Assembly: GCA_038879595.1 (NCBI GenBank)
Contig: JAVZTI010000005.1
Span: 10,938 to 74,937, forward strand
Source: Desulfurococcaceae archaeon
GTDB taxonomy: Archaea > Thermoproteota > Thermoprotei_A > Sulfolobales > Desulfurococcaceae
DNA length: 64,000 nt
Direction: 5' to 3'
The notes beneath the pieces were generated by a model. The model saw nothing but the letters and a program-made list of their open reading frames with translations. It had not been told where the DNA came from and did no database searches. Every line of letters starts with the position of its first letter. Positions within the stretch are counted from its first letter, which is position 1. Positions 18,710 through 27,499 of this stretch are shown piece by piece. The position numbers and the translations under genes are program-made.

Positions 18710-20132
18710 TATTTATGTATTCAACGCATTCTTTTACACACTCTTTAAGGCTCTCTCCACTAATACTTATAGGTGCTCTATATTTGGGGTAAAGAGATAT
18801 TTTAACGCCATTTCTTAAAGCCTCATAGCGTATTGAATAATCACTTAGAGAAGCATTGTTCATAAATGTTTTCTCATCTGTAAATGTCCCTACTCTAAGT
18901 ACTGTTACTCCTTGATTCTTCATTAATATTAATTGGTTTCTAAGGAATGCGAGGTATTGATGTAGTTCCCTAGCTCCAATAGTCATCATTGGCGCATGAA
19001 CTTCCCAAAAGATGGCTATGCCAGGCCTAATAGTTTTAACTAAGCCTGCTTCTATCGCATATAGCTCTTCAATACTTAAGCCAGCTGGATTAACTGACTT
19101 AACTACGTAAACTTCTTCAATTACTCTTTCCACTAAGCTTTCATCAACTCCAGAGTCTTTTAAGGCTTCAGCGGATCGCAAAGCCCACTCCTCTGGAGAA
19201 GTGGTGTAGCTAACTACTAGCGCTTGGCGTTTATTGATTAATGCAGCTGCTGTAACTATAGGAATGAAGTTAGTCATGACGGGTCTTAAGTTTGCATAAC
19301 CAACGTATATGCTTTCGCCAGTTCTTAAACAATCTAGTGCTTCACTCAGCATCCTGCATGGAAGTTTAAATGTAGCAAGATCTTTAAACGATGCTTCAGG
19401 CATTAATTGTGGAGGATACCATAACTCAATGCCTACTCCACTCCTTATAGTAAATGGTACTTCAACTACTTGAGTCTCACCCCCTCTCACCTTCACAAAG
19501 CTCGCTCTCCTGTAAATGAAGCCTCTTCTAATGTAACTTCTTAAATTGATCACTAGCGAGCTTGGGTAGACAATGTCTAGAAGTACTTCTCTATACTCTT
19601 CTGCGCTACCTGGGTCTTCTACCACTAGGATTAATAGTCCATTAATGATCCTTGGAATGCTCTTGAAGAAATTTTGCATCCACGCTCTTCTCTCAGTAGA
19701 CTTAATTGCTCTAAGGAGGGGGTTAATGCTATCTATAACGATTACTTTGGGCTTAAATTCAGTTATTAATTCAGAGATCTGTTGAATTAAGTCTCTTGCT
19801 GCCTCCTCACCTGCTGGAATTAATGCATTCACAAACTTAAATGATTTGCCGCTTAATTCAGCAAAGTTCATGTTAAGCTTCTTCATGTAGTAAATGAATT
19901 CATCTTCAAACTCATTCATCGATATATAGAGGCACTTCGATTCCTTCAATGCATTCTTATAGCATATAAATGATGCAAGAACAGTCTTGCCACAGCCTGG
20001 TTTGCCAAAAATGACTATAGTGGTTCCAAATTTAAGTAGATCTCCATATCTTAAATCAAGATCTTCAATACCTAGCGTAATTTCATAAGTATTATTAGAC
20101 AAGGCTTTCACGAACCTCCATGTTTTAAACAC
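18690..20132 (-). CDS. KaiC/RecA-superfamily ATPase, two-domain (C-terminal domain degenerate)
   Basis: The N-terminal half has Walker A GKPGCGKTVLAS and Walker B-like VIVIDSI. The C-terminal half keeps KaiC-like length but I see no GxxxxGK[ST]. Confidence 0.65.
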   Translation of the reverse strand: MFKTWRFVKALSNNTYEITLGIEDLDLRYGDLLKFGTTIVIFGKPGCGKTVLASFICYKNALKESKCLYISMNEFEDEFIYYMKKLNMNFAELSGKSFKFVNALIPAGEEAARDLIQQISELITEFKPKVIVIDSINPLLRAIKSTERRAWMQNFFKSIPRIINGLLILVVEDPGSAEEYREVLLDIVYPSSLVINLRSYIRRGFIYRRASFVKVRGGETQVVEVPFTIRSGVGIELWYPPQLMPEASFKDLATFKLPCRMLSEALDCLRTGESIYVGYANLRPVMTNFIPIVTAAALINKRQALVVSYTTSPEEWALRSAEALKDSGVDESLVERVIEEVYVVKSVNPAGLSIEELYAIEAGLVKTIRPGIAIFWEVHAPMMTIGARELHQYLAFLRNQLILMKNQGVTVLRVGTFTDEKTFMNNASLSDYSIRYEALRNGVKISLYPKYRAPISISGESLKECVKECVEYINTSFEKH

Positions 20133-20550
20133 TCACATAACTTGAGTTTCTCTTCATTAGACTCCCGTATATAAATTAATAGTCAATACATCATTGATAT
20201 TTTTAATTTATTCTAAGTACAAGGCCTTGTTTTCCAGCTTTGCAATCGCTACATGTAATTAAGGCTGAAGGCTTATAGACTTTTCTTTACGGCGTGTTAG
20301 TAGTAACTTTGGCCTTGAGAGTTAAGGTAATCGTTGAAGCGAAAGCATGAGAACACTAACGTAGTATATAGCTGATGTAATTCAACTTTATCCCTGTACA
20401 AAAAGACTATGGTAAGCTACTTATGTCATAAGCTAGGGATGTAGTCATAAATCTATGGGGATCAAGCGAATTCATGAAATAAACTCCATGGAGATAAACT
20501 TTTTTTCTTGTCTTTTATCATGTATGTAGAAGCTTTACACTAATACTAAG

Positions 20551-20898
20551 GTGATAAAGGAGGTGAAGAATTTTAATTTAAATGAATTAGTCAAATACGT
20601 TAAGAACTATATAATGCAGCGTTCCCCTGGATTAATGGAGTCATTGGATATGATTGCTATGTTCAGTGGCATTAATGTGAGCAGTATTGTGGAGCTATTT
20701 TTTAAGGATCCTAACACAACCTTTCAGCTACTCGTGAAGCATTATGGAAGTATGGATACAGCTATCTTTATATTCACAAACTTCTTAGTAAAACCACTTC
20801 TAATAAGATTAAATAAGCTAGCACTCCTAGATCGAGTTGTTGAAGCTGCCATTAGGGATAAGGAGGAGTTCTATAGGCTAATAGAGTTAAGTCTATAG
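20551..20898 (+). CDS. hypothetical protein
   Basis: 115-aa ORF heading the pilus-like gene string. No motif recognised. Confidence 0.35.
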   Translation: MIKEVKNFNLNELVKYVKNYIMQRSPGLMESLDMIAMFSGINVSSIVELFFKDPNTTFQLLVKHYGSMDTAIFIFTNFLVKPLLIRLNKLALLDRVVEAAIRDKEEFYRLIELSL

Positions 20899-20967
20899 TC
20901 CTTAATACTCCTTTCACTTTACTTAATGAAATGCTTAAATACATTGCATGCATGAGTATTTTATTGG

Positions 20968-21405
20968 GTGAGCAATACGAAGGCTGTTTCACCAATAGTA
21001 GCAACCGTACTACTGATCGTTATTGCAATATCCACTGGAATACTCCTCTGGGTATGGATTTCTGGCTACATATCGAGAGATCATACTCAATCAACTGTAG
21101 CATTGGAGGAAAGGATTAGAGTTGAGGCAGTCCAAGTAAGCTCTACGGACAGCTCACTGAATATAACGATCTACGTTAGGAACATGGGTAATGTTGTTGC
21201 AGTCATTTCATCAGCCTATGTATTAGATGTAAATGGCAATTACATTACTGCAAGCATAAACATTAGTGAGGAAGTAGAGCAAGGTAAAGTAAGGGGTGTA
21301 ACAATAACTAGTTCAAATGCATCACTGACGCCAGGTCACATGTACATAGCTAAAGTAGTTACATCTAGAGGAACTGAGGCATCGTATTTATTTATAGCTC
21401 CATGA
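20968..21405 (+). CDS. archaeal type IV pilin-like protein (class III signal peptide, DUF1628-type)
   Basis: MSNTKA|VSPIVATVLLIVIAISTGILLWVW: short basic leader, a prepilin-peptidase-type site, then a hydrophobic helix. Confidence 0.75.
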   Translation: MSNTKAVSPIVATVLLIVIAISTGILLWVWISGYISRDHTQSTVALEERIRVEAVQVSSTDSSLNITIYVRNMGNVVAVISSAYVLDVNGNYITASINISEEVEQGKVRGVTITSSNASLTPGHMYIAKVVTSRGTEASYLFIAP

Positions 21406-21475
21406 ATTAAGCACTTATAAAAGCTAATTACCTTCTCAAACTGCATATCATATAGCGTCTGGGGTATAAGTAAGC

Positions 21476-23044
21476 TTGAGCACTAGAGTAGTGAGCAGCT
21501 ATAGTCTATCACAGTATGTAACTATAACTATTGTAGAGGGAATAGACGGTAAAATGAGATACATAGTTTATGAACCAGTGCTCAATGACTTAAGCAAGAG
21601 GATCCTCGCGGAATCAATAAATAGAGTATATAGTGACACCAAGTTACTCAAGAGCTTTTCACATGCATCAAAGGCAAATGACTTCAGTTACGCCTTAAGC
21701 TTAGCTAGGCTAGTTACTGAAAACGTAGCTAAATCTAGGCTTAGCGCTTTTAAAAAGATGTTGAAGGCCCCTATGCATAGTGGTTTAATAACTGAAAGTG
21801 AGTTAAGCAAAGTGGCTTACTACATTGCCAGGGATTTAGCGGGCTATGGACCAATAGACCCTTTACTAAGGGATCCTAGGATAGAGGACGTGACGTGTAA
21901 TGGCGTAGGCATACCAATATACGTCTTTCACAATGAGTACGAATGGCTTGAAACAAACATAGCTATGCCAAATGAAGAATCCATGGAGAGAGTTATTAGG
22001 AAGCTAAGCTATAGAACTGGCCGCGAGCCGTCAGTAGCTCAGCCAATAGTTGAAGGAGTGCTGAATCCTGAGGGATATAGAGTCCACATAGTTTTAGACA
22101 CTGTTTCAAGAAGGGGGCATAGCTTCACTATAAGGAAGTTTAGGGAGAAGCCTTTCACAATCATTGAGCTAATCAATAGAGGCACTATTGATCCATGTGT
22201 TTCAGCTCTTTTATGGCTTGCAGTAGACAATAAGCTTGGCGTAATATTTTACGGACCTACAGGCTCAGGAAAGACTACTCTAATGAATGCTATATCAATG
22301 CTCCTACCCTCAGAAATAAAAATAGTTAGCGTTGAAGACACTCCTGAGGTGAACCTCCCGTTTCACGACAATTGGGTTCCAATGACCACTAGGCTTAGTT
22401 ACGACTCTGCTGTGCAGAGTGTGACTCTACAAGTACAAGTCGAGAGCGCGTTAAGGCAGAGACCTGATGTGCTTATACTTGGGGAGATACGGTCAAGGGA
22501 GGCATACGCCTTCTTTCAAGCTGTTTCAACAGGACACGGGGGTCTCACGACAATACACTCTGAAAGCGTTGAATCATTAATTGAAAGACTTATAGCGCCG
22601 CCAATGAGTGTACCTAAATCACTGCTGCCTATTGCAAAGCTCTTAGTTAATGTAGTTAGGCTAGCTACTCCAAAAGGTGTCTTAAGGAAAGTCATGTATG
22701 TTCACGAACTAGAGGGGTATTCACCAGCCACAGACTCCTTAACTACAAAGATCTTGGTTAAGTGGTATAGGGAAGTAGATGAATGGAGAATTAATGTAAG
22801 GAACAACAGCTTATTTAAAGCTATTGCTGAACTTAATGCAGTAAGCTATGGAGACGTAGTAAATGAACTTGTTAGGAGGGCAACAGTCCTAGCTTATGCA
22901 GCTAAAAAAGAGTTTGATATAGCTTCATTACATGTATTGATTAGGCGATATAGGAGGGAGCCGGAGAAAGTGTTTGAGGAAGCGGTTGAGTACTTAAAGA
23001 AGCCCTATGAGGTTAAGGAACTTGTTGAAGCAGGCATTGCTTAA
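21476..23044 (+). CDS. type II/IV secretion family ATPase (FlaI/ArlI/PilB-like)
   Basis: Walker A GPTGSGKTT, EDTPE, GEIR and TGHGGLTTIH motifs. Confidence 0.85.
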   Translation: MSTRVVSSYSLSQYVTITIVEGIDGKMRYIVYEPVLNDLSKRILAESINRVYSDTKLLKSFSHASKANDFSYALSLARLVTENVAKSRLSAFKKMLKAPMHSGLITESELSKVAYYIARDLAGYGPIDPLLRDPRIEDVTCNGVGIPIYVFHNEYEWLETNIAMPNEESMERVIRKLSYRTGREPSVAQPIVEGVLNPEGYRVHIVLDTVSRRGHSFTIRKFREKPFTIIELINRGTIDPCVSALLWLAVDNKLGVIFYGPTGSGKTTLMNAISMLLPSEIKIVSVEDTPEVNLPFHDNWVPMTTRLSYDSAVQSVTLQVQVESALRQRPDVLILGEIRSREAYAFFQAVSTGHGGLTTIHSESVESLIERLIAPPMSVPKSLLPIAKLLVNVVRLATPKGVLRKVMYVHELEGYSPATDSLTTKILVKWYREVDEWRINVRNNSLFKAIAELNAVSYGDVVNELVRRATVLAYAAKKEFDIASLHVLIRRYRREPEKVFEEAVEYLKKPYEVKELVEAGIA

Positions 23045-23915
23045 GACTGTTAATGAACTTATACACACAGTTTACGCCCCCTTCTATAGGCTCTGCTTAA
23101 GCATTATTCCAAAAGGCGTTGAGCGCCTAGTCATAGGGTCTAAGTTATCTAGCAGCATTAATAAGTATGTTGAAACAGTGTCCATCATATCATTAGTGGC
23201 TACAATTATTGGAGGATCAACCTCTGGCTACATGCTATGGATGTCAACGAGAGATATTCTCCTAAGCTATATGGTTGGCCTAGCTGCATCAATAGCGATA
23301 TTCTTGGCATCAATAGCTTTCTCAATATGGGTTCCAGCAGCTAAGTACAGTGATAGAGGGAGCTTGTTAGAAGCAAAGATGCCGATTTTCCTCTCATATC
23401 TATCACTGCTCTTAGCTTCTAGAGTTGACTTAAGTAAGGCATTTATGGAATTAGAGGGCCTTTTAAAGGAACTAAGGGTTTTTGACGTTGAATTATCGCT
23501 GATAAATTCACTTACAAGCACTGGAGTTCCATTAAGTGAAGCGCTGGTAACTGCTGCTCAAGTAACTCCATCGTTAACTATGAGGGAGCTCTTGCTTGGC
23601 CTAACATCAATAGCCAAGGCTGGAGGAGATCCTATGCCTCTACTTAACTCAATGATGGAGAGCTACGCTAGTAGGTATAACATGAGAGTTGAAAGAGCCA
23701 TAAGTGATTTAGCCATAATACTTGAATTCTATGTAGCTTTCTCAATACTTTTGCCAATAGCGCTAAGCTCATTAGCTCTACTATTCGCTATTCAGCCTAT
23801 ACATGGCCTTCCATTCGAGCTACTACTATTCATATCTACATTCGTGTTAGCTCCACTAATGCTTTTAAGCACTCTAATCATAGCTGACGCCATAGTATCT
23901 AAGCTGAGGCTGTGA
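23007..23915 (+). CDS. TadC/ArlJ/PilC-like membrane protein, first half-size subunit
   Basis: One T2SSF-like unit (cytoplasmic helical block flanked by TM helices). Likely start is the TTG at 23037, overlapping the ATPase stop. Confidence 0.6.
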   Translation: MRLRNLLKQALLKTVNELIHTVYAPFYRLCLSIIPKGVERLVIGSKLSSSINKYVETVSIISLVATIIGGSTSGYMLWMSTRDILLSYMVGLAASIAIFLASIAFSIWVPAAKYSDRGSLLEAKMPIFLSYLSLLLASRVDLSKAFMELEGLLKELRVFDVELSLINSLTSTGVPLSEALVTAAQVTPSLTMRELLLGLTSIAKAGGDPMPLLNSMMESYASRYNMRVERAISDLAIILEFYVAFSILLPIALSSLALLFAIQPIHGLPFELLLFISTFVLAPLMLLSTLIIADAIVSKLRL

Positions 23916-24805
23916 GCATGAAGTTGAAGAAGATCCTTCTACCGCTACTGCTCTTCGCCTTAATATCGCTTCTCACACCTATTTTCATACAGTACTTCAT
24001 GGGGGAAGCGCTTACTGCAAGCTTCTTAGTTAAGTTAGAGGAGTCTCCACTAATGCCTTTCCCAATTCCAGTCCTATCTCAGGGAGCATACTTAACCATT
24101 GGAATGATTATTTCAGGCGCTTCCCTAAGTCTCTACACTTACTACAGTGGGAAGCTTACTGAGGAAAGAGAGTTGAAGAGACAGGCATTAGAGCTTCTAT
24201 CAATAGTTATAGCTTACGTTAAAGCAGGCTCATCAATGCTTGACGCTTTAGAGAAGTCTACGAGGCACATTGATAGGCCATTGCTGGATCCTCTTGAGAG
24301 GTTTGTTGAAGCAGTAAAGCTAGGCGCAGCTCCTGATGAAGCCTATAGAAAGGCTTTTAAGAATCCTCCAAGTGAAGTGGAAATGGTGTTTTCTTCAATA
24401 ACTATAGGAATGAAGAGTGGGGGGCAGTATGCTGACATACTTATGCAGGGTGAGAATTACTTAATGCAAGTATTGAGAATGGATGAACTTAGGAGGAGTA
24501 GGCTTGCAGACTATAAGGCTATAGTGCTTTTAGCAGTAATAGCATTCGCTATATCAGCTTTAGCATCTCTTAAATTAGTTGAATACATAGTTACTGCACC
24601 AACTATACTTCCTGCAATAAGTGGAGTTAACTTAGAGCTCATAAAATCCAGTTACTACATTTCAGTGCTGATAATAGCCGTTCTGTCAAGTGTAGTCATT
24701 GGTAGAATAGTAATAGGATCAGTAATAGCATCCCTTAAGTACATATCGTTTTTAACGGCAGTAACAGCTCTTATATTTACTCTATATCCACTGATTCATA
24801 TATAA
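23912..24805 (+). CDS. TadC/ArlJ/PilC-like membrane protein, second half-size subunit
   Basis: Same TM-helical-TM layout, with a 4-nt overlap on the preceding gene. Confidence 0.6.
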   Translation: MSMKLKKILLPLLLFALISLLTPIFIQYFMGEALTASFLVKLEESPLMPFPIPVLSQGAYLTIGMIISGASLSLYTYYSGKLTEERELKRQALELLSIVIAYVKAGSSMLDALEKSTRHIDRPLLDPLERFVEAVKLGAAPDEAYRKAFKNPPSEVEMVFSSITIGMKSGGQYADILMQGENYLMQVLRMDELRRSRLADYKAIVLLAVIAFAISALASLKLVEYIVTAPTILPAISGVNLELIKSSYYISVLIIAVLSSVVIGRIVIGSVIASLKYISFLTAVTALIFTLYPLIHI

Positions 24806-24874
24806 TCTACGGTACTTCATTAAATCTATTAAGGCATAATAGATATAAGTAAGGCTTGTTAACAACGGGAGTAG

Positions 24875-25795
24875 GTGCATTACTTGGAGTTAGCTAAGCT
24901 GTTGAGCGACGTATTATTCTATAGCTACGTAATGCTTAAAGGCGAACTTGCCGACAGCTTTACTTCAATTGGGTTTGAAGAAGCTTTCAATAGGATTAAA
25001 AATTCTTTTAGTAAAGGAATCTATTTAGCCAGCATTAAGTTTGATGAAGTATTAGTTAGAGCCTTAATAATTGATGGCAATATAGTTAGTTTAATAGAAG
25101 TTCAAGGAGGTAGATCTATTGAAATCGGGGAATTAAGTAGGCTTTCAGCTTCAAAGACCCTATTTATAAGCCTGCATAAAGTTCCTGAAGAAGCTGTAGA
25201 AGCGTATGGAGTTCTTAAAGAAGTTGTTAAAAGTATTAGATGGGGGGAGGGCGTAGCTCCTGCAATACCTCCTCCTTCAAAAGACGTTGGAAGGTTCATA
25301 AAGGACTTCTTAAGCTCTATCAATGTGTTAGTGGAGGAAGTGGCATTCAATGAGTCAACAGACTTTATTCAAATCAATGTAAGAGGCATAGGGCAGGGCA
25401 TTGAATACAAGCTCTTGTTATGGCTAATAGCATATGCTTTAACGGAGCATAAACTTAACGAGTTATTTGCAAAAAACGTTGAAATATACCTTGAATCCCC
25501 AAGAGGGAAGACTCATTACTCGCTTTTAAGTGAACTTGATAAGGCTTCAGCAATAATTAATGGAGCTATTGCTGCAAAGTTCGTAAATACAACCATTGAT
25601 AAGCAAAAGATCTCAATAAATCCAGCTGTAGGTGAAGTGAGGGCTGAATATACGTTGAGATCCAGTAAGCAGATGAGCAGAGAGTTCATTGAAAGATCGG
25701 CTAAAGAGGTTTCCACAATAATTTCAAAGATCTTGGGAGCCAAAGTGCACTTAAAGATCTCTATAGGAAAGATCTCTGTAAGCGTCAAGGCTTAA
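24875..25795 (+). CDS. hypothetical protein (pilus-locus associated)
   Basis: 306-aa soluble ORF, same strand as and directly after the membrane subunits. No motif recognised. Confidence 0.4.
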   Translation: MHYLELAKLLSDVLFYSYVMLKGELADSFTSIGFEEAFNRIKNSFSKGIYLASIKFDEVLVRALIIDGNIVSLIEVQGGRSIEIGELSRLSASKTLFISLHKVPEEAVEAYGVLKEVVKSIRWGEGVAPAIPPPSKDVGRFIKDFLSSINVLVEEVAFNESTDFIQINVRGIGQGIEYKLLLWLIAYALTEHKLNELFAKNVEIYLESPRGKTHYSLLSELDKASAIINGAIAAKFVNTTIDKQKISINPAVGEVRAEYTLRSSKQMSREFIERSAKEVSTIISKILGAKVHLKISIGKISVSVKA

Positions 25796-26044
25796 AAGTA
25801 GTGTATTCATTTCAGCAATTGCTTTATCACGCCAATATTTAGTTTCACTTAAATGCTTCTAGCCACACGATCCTTAGAGAAATCTTAAGTGAATACGCGC
25901 TGTGTGAAGAGATTAAGAAACGGAATCAACTAAAAAATGCCTGTAAATTATTAAATTTATTTAAGGAAGCTCGCTTAACTCAAGTCTACTTAAATACCTA
26001 GAAGCATTTATAGCAGAAGCAGAAAGCTGAGTTGAGGTGGTTGA

Positions 26045-26527
26045 ATGTCTCAAAAGCAGTCTTCGACATCTACGACTAAAAGTAAGGAGTTGAAAATCGT
26101 TACTAAATACGTTGCAACACTTGATGATGTAAAGAATGATTTAAGGAAGTTAAAAGTGCTTTATATAATTAGCTTCTTTAACGACATATCTGAGAAAGCC
26201 TTACAGCATCTCATATATAATATGAAAGAACGCGGCTACCAGCTCTATCAAGACTTTATGGTGATTAGCGGCGCTCCATTCAGCAAAGCCCTTAAGAACG
26301 ATCTAACGATCTTGCTTTATGTGGGCTTGCTTGAAACTAATGTTAAGAAAAAGTTGTCTCTCACAAGCTTAGGTAAGGAAGTTATTCGAGAATGCTTAGA
26401 GAAAGTTCCCGGCATAGACAAGGACTCTATATCAAAGTTAGTTAGTGAATTAAAGCCTAAGATAGCTTTAATAGATGCTGAAGTTGAATTAGCGTTTAGA
26501 GGGGCTAAGAGGAGGAGGTCTAAGTAG
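26045..26527 (+). CDS. hypothetical protein, possible winged-helix
   Basis: GGTGG Shine-Dalgarno 6 nt upstream and a basic C-terminal tail (GAKRRRSK). Fold guess only. Confidence 0.4.
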   Translation: MSQKQSSTSTTKSKELKIVTKYVATLDDVKNDLRKLKVLYIISFFNDISEKALQHLIYNMKERGYQLYQDFMVISGAPFSKALKNDLTILLYVGLLETNVKKKLSLTSLGKEVIRECLEKVPGIDKDSISKLVSELKPKIALIDAEVELAFRGAKRRRSK

Positions 26528-26539
26528 TAATTTGTGGAG

Positions 26540-26956
26540 TTAAATAGTTGTTTGAGGTGTAGGCTTTCGCTCGCTTTTACTTACTTGAGCTAGTATAGGG
26601 TTTAGCCTTCCTTCAACACTAAGCTTTTCTATCAACTCTTTGAATGCAGATGTATGCTTAATGTCTAATTCAAGGAGCTCGTAGAGTATCTTCCTTGAAG
26701 CCTGCCAGACTTCCGCCAGCATTTCCCTAGGCATATGGCTAATTATAAATGGATCCTGAAGCCATTGATCGAAGGCGCTCAGAGTCCTAGCCATGTGTTG
26801 AAACGCAGCTCTAGTTAAAACTATTAACTCAAGTCTATCTGCATCCTTTGCAGATTCTTCAACTTGTTTAAATGCATCTAAAGTAATTTTCTGTCTCTTA
26901 ACCCACGCTTCTAAGTTATGGACAAATGAATCTGACACTGCTTCCACCTCTAGCAT
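26540..26956 (-). CDS. hypothetical helical protein
   Basis: 138-aa ORF with normal composition. No motif recognised with confidence. Confidence 0.4.
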   Translation of the reverse strand: MLEVEAVSDSFVHNLEAWVKRQKITLDAFKQVEESAKDADRLELIVLTRAAFQHMARTLSAFDQWLQDPFIISHMPREMLAEVWQASRKILYELLELDIKHTSAFKELIEKLSVEGRLNPILAQVSKSERKPTPQTTI

Positions 26957-27069
26957 TACATGCTAGCATCTTACCCTAAGGACAATTATATACTTTAGTG
27001 CTCTATGAATCCACATGCCTTCAGCTATGGAAACATTTGTTGCAACCAGATAGATTCATTTACTCTACA

Positions 27070-27292
27070 ACCATTGCATAAGCCGCTTCTCGGTGGATGG
27101 CTGTTCATTGGCTTTCACTTTCTTTCGTATCCAGCCTCCCAGCCGTCCACTTCTCAACGGCTTGTTCTTACCCAGCCCCGCCTGCGGGAGCGTGTCTCCA
27201 GCGGTTGCCCGTGGTTCATCCAGCTCCCTGCGGTGAAGCTGGGTGCACGAGGTGTCCCCCTCGCCATGCTCATCGAGTTCATCCCTACTCCA
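27070..27292 (-). ncRNA. candidate structured non-coding RNA (unclassified)
   Basis: Hand count gives 106/170 G+C (62%) for 27121-27290, against AT-rich flanks. Several nested helices, including a hairpin whose loop reads GCAA (GNRA) on the minus strand. The G+C-rich block starts about 26 nt from the palindromic TATA box at 27315-27320. ORFs here look non-protein-like. Strand and ends are uncertain. Confidence 0.3.
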
Positions 27293-27314
27293 ATATTGTC
27301 ATACATGTAAATAC

Positions 27315-27320
27315 TTATAA
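27315..27320. promoter_or_regulatory. palindromic TATA box (TTATAA), possible bidirectional promoter
   Basis: TTATAA lies about 26 nt from the minus-strand G+C island edge (about 27291) and about 33-38 nt upstream of the TTG start at 27353. Confidence 0.3.
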
Positions 27321-27352
27321 GCTTTTCTGCAGTATGTTGCAATGGTGGTGGT

Positions 27353-27499
27353 TTGCCAGAGGAGTATGTGTTCCACGTGAGGATCTCGAGGACAAGCCAC
27401 GGCTTGCTCTGCATCTACATACCCAAGCGTCTCAGCGAGAGAATGAAGCACCTGCACAGAAGAGAGGTTGTTGTGCGTGTCACAGTACCAGATGCATAG
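27353..27499 (+). CDS. 48-aa AbrB/SpoVT-like micro-protein (not in ORF track)
   Basis: TTG 27353 (GGTGGTGG just upstream) to TAG 27497-27499: MPEEYVFHVRISRTSHGLLCIYIPKRLSERMKHLHRREVVVRVTVPDA. The I-x-IPK...EV-V-V pattern is AbrB-like, and it is a paralogue of 212..355. Confidence 0.5.
   Translation: MPEEYVFHVRISRTSHGLLCIYIPKRLSERMKHLHRREVVVRVTVPDA

Noticed and set aside
20931-21119. ORF 20931..21119 (+) overlapping the start of the pilin gene, and ORF 32036..32248 (-) upstream of the SBP gene.
   Set aside because: The first is out of frame with the far better supported class III signal-peptide pilin ORF. The second is antisense to the SBP signal-anchor region and has low-complexity composition.
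27070-27292. Considered that the G+C island is RNase P RNA or SRP RNA. The minus strand contains AGAAGCGGCUUAU, reminiscent of the RNase P CR-V element ACAGAA..CGGCUUA.
   Set aside because: There is no GGAAAGUCC (CR-I) anywhere nearby, and the putative P4 partner is in the wrong position. The 3' flank is AT-rich and cannot form P1/P2. The roughly 220-nt size is too small for type A RNase P RNA or archaeal 7S RNA. The SRP helix-8 motifs are absent.
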